NCBI GenBank assembly: GCA_054661495.1
Contig: BAAFSQ010000320.1
Span: forward strand, 1 to 10,530
Direction of reading: 5' to 3'
DNA: 10,530 nucleotides
Source of the DNA: Zygophlyctis sp. KS116
Lineage: Eukaryota; Fungi; Chytridiomycota
Of the stretch, positions 7,577-10,530 are shown in pieces. Each line of letters starts with the position of its first letter. Within the stretch, counting starts at the first letter, position 1. The notes under the pieces were generated by a model. The model had not been told where the DNA came from. It did not search any database and saw only the letters and a list, made by a program, of their open reading frames with translations. Both the position numbers and the translations under genes were made by a program.

Positions 7577-9570
7577 CCGAAAGGCTGTCTTATGACGATC
7601 TGTTTCCTTCACCAAAATGTTGTAGAAACCATCCCTCAGATCCATCCTCCTACTACCCGATCACTTCAGATAAATTTGGCAGAGGGGATTTGTCTTTGAT
7701 AGTTATTGCATTCAGGCCTCGATAATCAACGCACATCCGGTACGTTCCATCCGATTTAGTTGCAAACAAAATAGATGCACCAAAGGGGCTACTGCTAGGG
7801 CGAATAAAATCCTTATTGAGTAAGTCATCAATAGTTGATTTTAGAATAGACAGCTTATCCTCAGAAAGACGCCGGATTCCTCGAGCAGCGGGAACTTGAC
7901 TAGAGGGAATTAAATTAATCTGGTGATCCTCCGGTCGAGAAGGGGACGAGATTTCGGGTTTGTCAAATATATCTGAATATTCGGTTAAAAGAGCATTAAG
8001 AACCGTGGAAGAGGTATGAGGGATTAACTCCTCCAAAGCATCAATTGAAACATCACCCCAATTGGTCGAAATATCTGTCAGACACCCCCACTCCTCAAAT
8101 TCTAGTCAATCGACCTAAAAGCCTCGGGAGTTACCTTGTGTGTTAATTGGCCATCAACAGGAGAGCCAGAAGCTTCGGGAGTTAACCTATGTGTTAACTG
8201 GCCATCAAAAAATTCAAATAAGCCACTTTTCCACTCAATCCTCGTTATACTAACGGCAGAAATCCAAGGCACTCCTAATATCAATGGAAGATGAATATCA
8301 GCGCTCCAGAATTCAATTTGCTGGACATATCCAATTTGGCTAAGAGTTAACGACGTATATTGAGAGATGGGGGACGTTTGACCGTTCCCGAATTTGACCC
8401 GGCGTGAAGACTTATTAAATCGTGGCAAGCAGTATTTATCTATAAGATCAGGTTAGTTGAGTGCTGCTCCAGAATCAATTAATACGGATAGATTCACATC
8501 CATTTCCCGACAATGCATTTTATATGTAAACTTATTGCATAATTCCTTTTCAATCTGGATCACTGTAGACTTTCTCATTTAAGAAATATCATTCAAATCA
8601 GGTTTATTCTCTGATTCCGTAGATTTCGACTTTAGGTCACCCTTATCTATAATCTTAGAACAAAAAGAATAAACGTACTGATCATCGTCAACTTGTTGAA
8701 TACCGAGAGATGCGAGGTCCAACACCTGTACTTGTGCAGAAGGTCTGTTGTACATCGTTCTTTATGTCGGCGGTACACATCCACATAAAATGACCCAACA
8801 TATGATCTCCGGCAACCAAAATAGATAAAATTCTTTTTTAACAATTCCCGATCATGTTTCTTCTCCTTGGAAGTTCCATTAATACTAGGAAATTGGCCGG
8901 AGCCAGTTGCAGTACACAGGTATTTTCGTCCATATCCAGGGTTTCCGGTACCTCTGAAGTCATCAATTCCATGGGGTCATCTACTGGCACTTGTGATTTT
9001 ACTGGAATCTTTCTAGGAGGGTCATTTTCAAAATCCTTTCCGGATAAAGCCAATAGATATTCTTCAACATATCTCACTAATCCTTCTTGAAGAGCTGGCA
9101 AGGCCATAAATTCGAATTCGTCTAATTTATCCAGATGACTTCGATAGTTTATAAAAGAATTTGCAAAAGTATTTTTGATAAAATTTTGATTCTTTACTAA
9201 GAATCCTTCCATGAATTTTTGGTAAAGGTCTTCGGGATTGAGACCGGTTTCACGCTGAATCGATTGGAATGAATAAAAATATCCTTTTATTCCAGATAAA
9301 CTTGTACCCCTCTTTGTAATATTTTCAAGAGCCCGAAGTGATTTTAAACGTGGGTTTATACCATTGAATACTGAATCAATTACTATCAAAATTTCCTTTA
9401 TAATCTTGTGCTTCGAGAAATTTGAAAAAATCAGGAATCCATACTTACTTCCTGCATAGTTAGCTCCAGGACGACTAAATTCATTGAGAAGTTTGCTTTT
9501 AAAAACGCGCCAAGTAGCTCCCCTTTCCCCATCGTATTCTAGTACATTAAAAGGTCGTATAGAATTTGCA
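7577..9570 (-). mobile_element. Ty3/Gypsy LTR retrotransposon relic 2 (gag - protease - N-terminal RT), truncated in RT
   Basis: Gag PFNVLEYDGERGATWRVF...LRALENI...YFYSFQSIQRETGLNPEDLYQKFMEGF...DDPMEL, with a degenerate knuckle (IYFGCRR). Protease VLIDSGAALN (DSG at 8476-8468)...VKFGNG...LILGVPW. RT DHQINLIP...LLNKDFIRPSSSPFGASILFATKSDGTYRMCVDYRGLNAITIKDKSPLP, then MDLRDGFYNILVKETDRHKTAFR ending at 7577. Confidence 0.95.
8119..8208. repeat. In-frame tandem duplication (39-bp units, period 51) in the Gypsy PR-RT linker
   Basis: 8119-8157 versus 8170-8208 are 34/39 identical and encode DGQLTHRLTPEA / DGQLTHKVTPEA on the minus strand. Confidence 0.9.
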
Positions 9571-9579
9571 CCATTTACT

Positions 9580-9986
9580 GATTTAGCTAGATATATATCT
9601 AAGTCACATTCTTTCCGTGCGACATGAGTCTTCTTTCGAACAGAAAAATTATTTCGTGCCAGATAGCCATACTGCCATTGTCTTATTTTTTGAAAGTTTG
9701 AATTTTTGAATTCAGGATTAAAATCAATAATTGCAAATAAGATTGAATCAACAGTACATTCTTTTTGGCCTTGTTCTTGACCATCAATAAACGAATCAAT
9801 AACAGTTTCTAAATGGCCCCCTACTGATTTAGGTCCTTAATACAAAGTAAATTGTCCCTTGGGATATTCCAAGCTCTTCCATTCAGAAAAGGAAGACTTT
9901 TTAATTCCATATTCTCTGCAAACGTACGTCGGAGACTGTATTCGAGCTAAAAGAAGTAACTTTTTCTTCTCGCTCAAGTCAAAGGG
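9580..9986 (-). pseudogene. pogo/Tc5 (CENP-B-like) transposase N-terminal double HTH DNA-binding region; no DDE domain
   Basis: One frame with a single TAA (9839-9837): FDLSEKKKLLLLARIQSPTYVCREYGIKKSSFSEWKS (HTH1)...Y*GPKSVGGHLETVIDSFI...CTVDSILFAI...IRQWQYGYLARNNFSVRKKTHVARK (HTH_Tnp_Tc5-type end W...F..R..LS.R..T...QK). Confidence 0.8.
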
Positions 9987-10000
9987 TTACTAATCGCTTG

Positions 10001-10028
10001 TAATAAAAATAAAAAATAAAATAAAAAT
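10001..10028. repeat. Short (TAAAAA)n A-rich simple repeat
   Basis: taataaaaataaaaaataaaataaaaat read directly from the sequence. Confidence 0.7.
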
Positions 10029-10193
10029 GAGACGTTTTATTTATAGGAAAATGTGCTATTTATATCCGTATTCTATAAATAGAATACTATAAATAATGCG
10101 AATGTGATCTGTTTAGATAAAGATAGAATATTCTGTCACTCCCCTATCTCTAACAGATCATATTTGATGTTAAAAGTTTAAAAATTTAAATCA
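10028..10193 (-). mobile_element. Probable 3' LTR of the Copia element at the right edge
   Basis: On the minus strand GGAGGAG|TGATTT (10193) overlaps the end of pol, and a second AGAGATAGGGGAG|TGACAG lies at 10138. TATAAATA and AATAAA follow, then ...GTCTCA at 10028. Boundaries are uncertain. Confidence 0.55.
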
Positions 10194-10530
10194 CTCCTCC
10201 AGTCGTAAATTCCTAATTGTTTTTTGAATTTGTTAAATAATTTAGAAGCGAGCGGTTTTGTAACCATGTCTGCAATTTGATGCTGTGTAGGAACGTTTAT
10301 AAGTTGTACTTGTTCAGTATGAATGGCATCCCTTATAAAATGGTAACGAATTGCAATATGTTTAATTTTGGGATGATTTTTTGTAGATATAGTAAGGTAG
10401 AGTGCACCTTGGTTATCACACATAAGCGGTGTCGGCAAAGTTTGAGGATAACCTATTTCTTTAAGAATAGTGCGAAAATATAATATGTCTTGTAGTGCAC
10501 TAGACAATACTTGATATTCTGCCTGAGTAG
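10178..10530 (-). CDS. Ty1/Copia pol, C-terminal RNase H domain (frame open, runs off the window edge)
   Basis: TQAEYQVLSSALQDILYFRTILKEIG...PTPLMCDNQGAL...KNHPKIKHIAIRYHFIRD...VPTQHQIADMVTKPL carries the Copia RNase H motifs (AEY, CDN, KHI..RYHFIR, AD..TK) with no stops. Confidence 0.96.
   Translation of the reverse strand, partial: TQAEYQVLSSALQDILYFRTILKEIGYPQTLPTPLMCDNQGALYLTISTKNHPKIKHIAIRYHFIRDAIHTEQVQLINVPTQHQIADMVTKPLASKLFNKFKKQLGIYDWRSDLNF

Noticed and set aside
3439-9839. Alternative genetic code (TAA/TAG = Gln, as in some aphelids and ciliates), suggested by in-frame TAR codons at plausible Gln positions
   Set aside because: TAG 4038 and TGA 4769 fall at expected Trp positions, frameshifts co-occur with the stops, and the 332-codon frame and the Copia RNase H use many CAA/CAG codons with no TAR. 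Ordinary pseudogene decay explains it.
796-10483. ORFs 796-1065, 989-1171, 6690-6899, 7266-7454, 8854-9090 and 10277-10483 as genes
   Set aside because: They are antisense shadows of TE coding regions recognised on the opposite strand.

Overview
This AT-rich eukaryotic window is a transposon graveyard with no intact host protein gene. In order it holds: a tRNA gene with a serine body but a proline (AGG) anticodon and a damaged acceptor stem; a hAT terminus and a hAT transposase relic (+); a Ty3/Gypsy gag-PR-RT relic (-); a short CryptonF/NDC10-like relic followed by a nearly full-length but disabled Crypton(S)-like tyrosine recombinase (+); a second hAT relic (-); an unidentified spliced coding relic (-); a Copia RNase H with PPT and LTR (-); a probable Copia gag relic (+); a second Gypsy gag-PR-RT relic (-) whose gag is joined in frame to a pogo/Tc5 CENP-B-type DNA-binding domain; and the 3' end of an intact-looking Copia pol with its LTR (-). 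The DNA-transposon genes contain GT-AG introns of only 25-30 nt, and removing them restores reading frames and conserved motifs. All family assignments come from manual translation and recalled motifs; no database searches were run.
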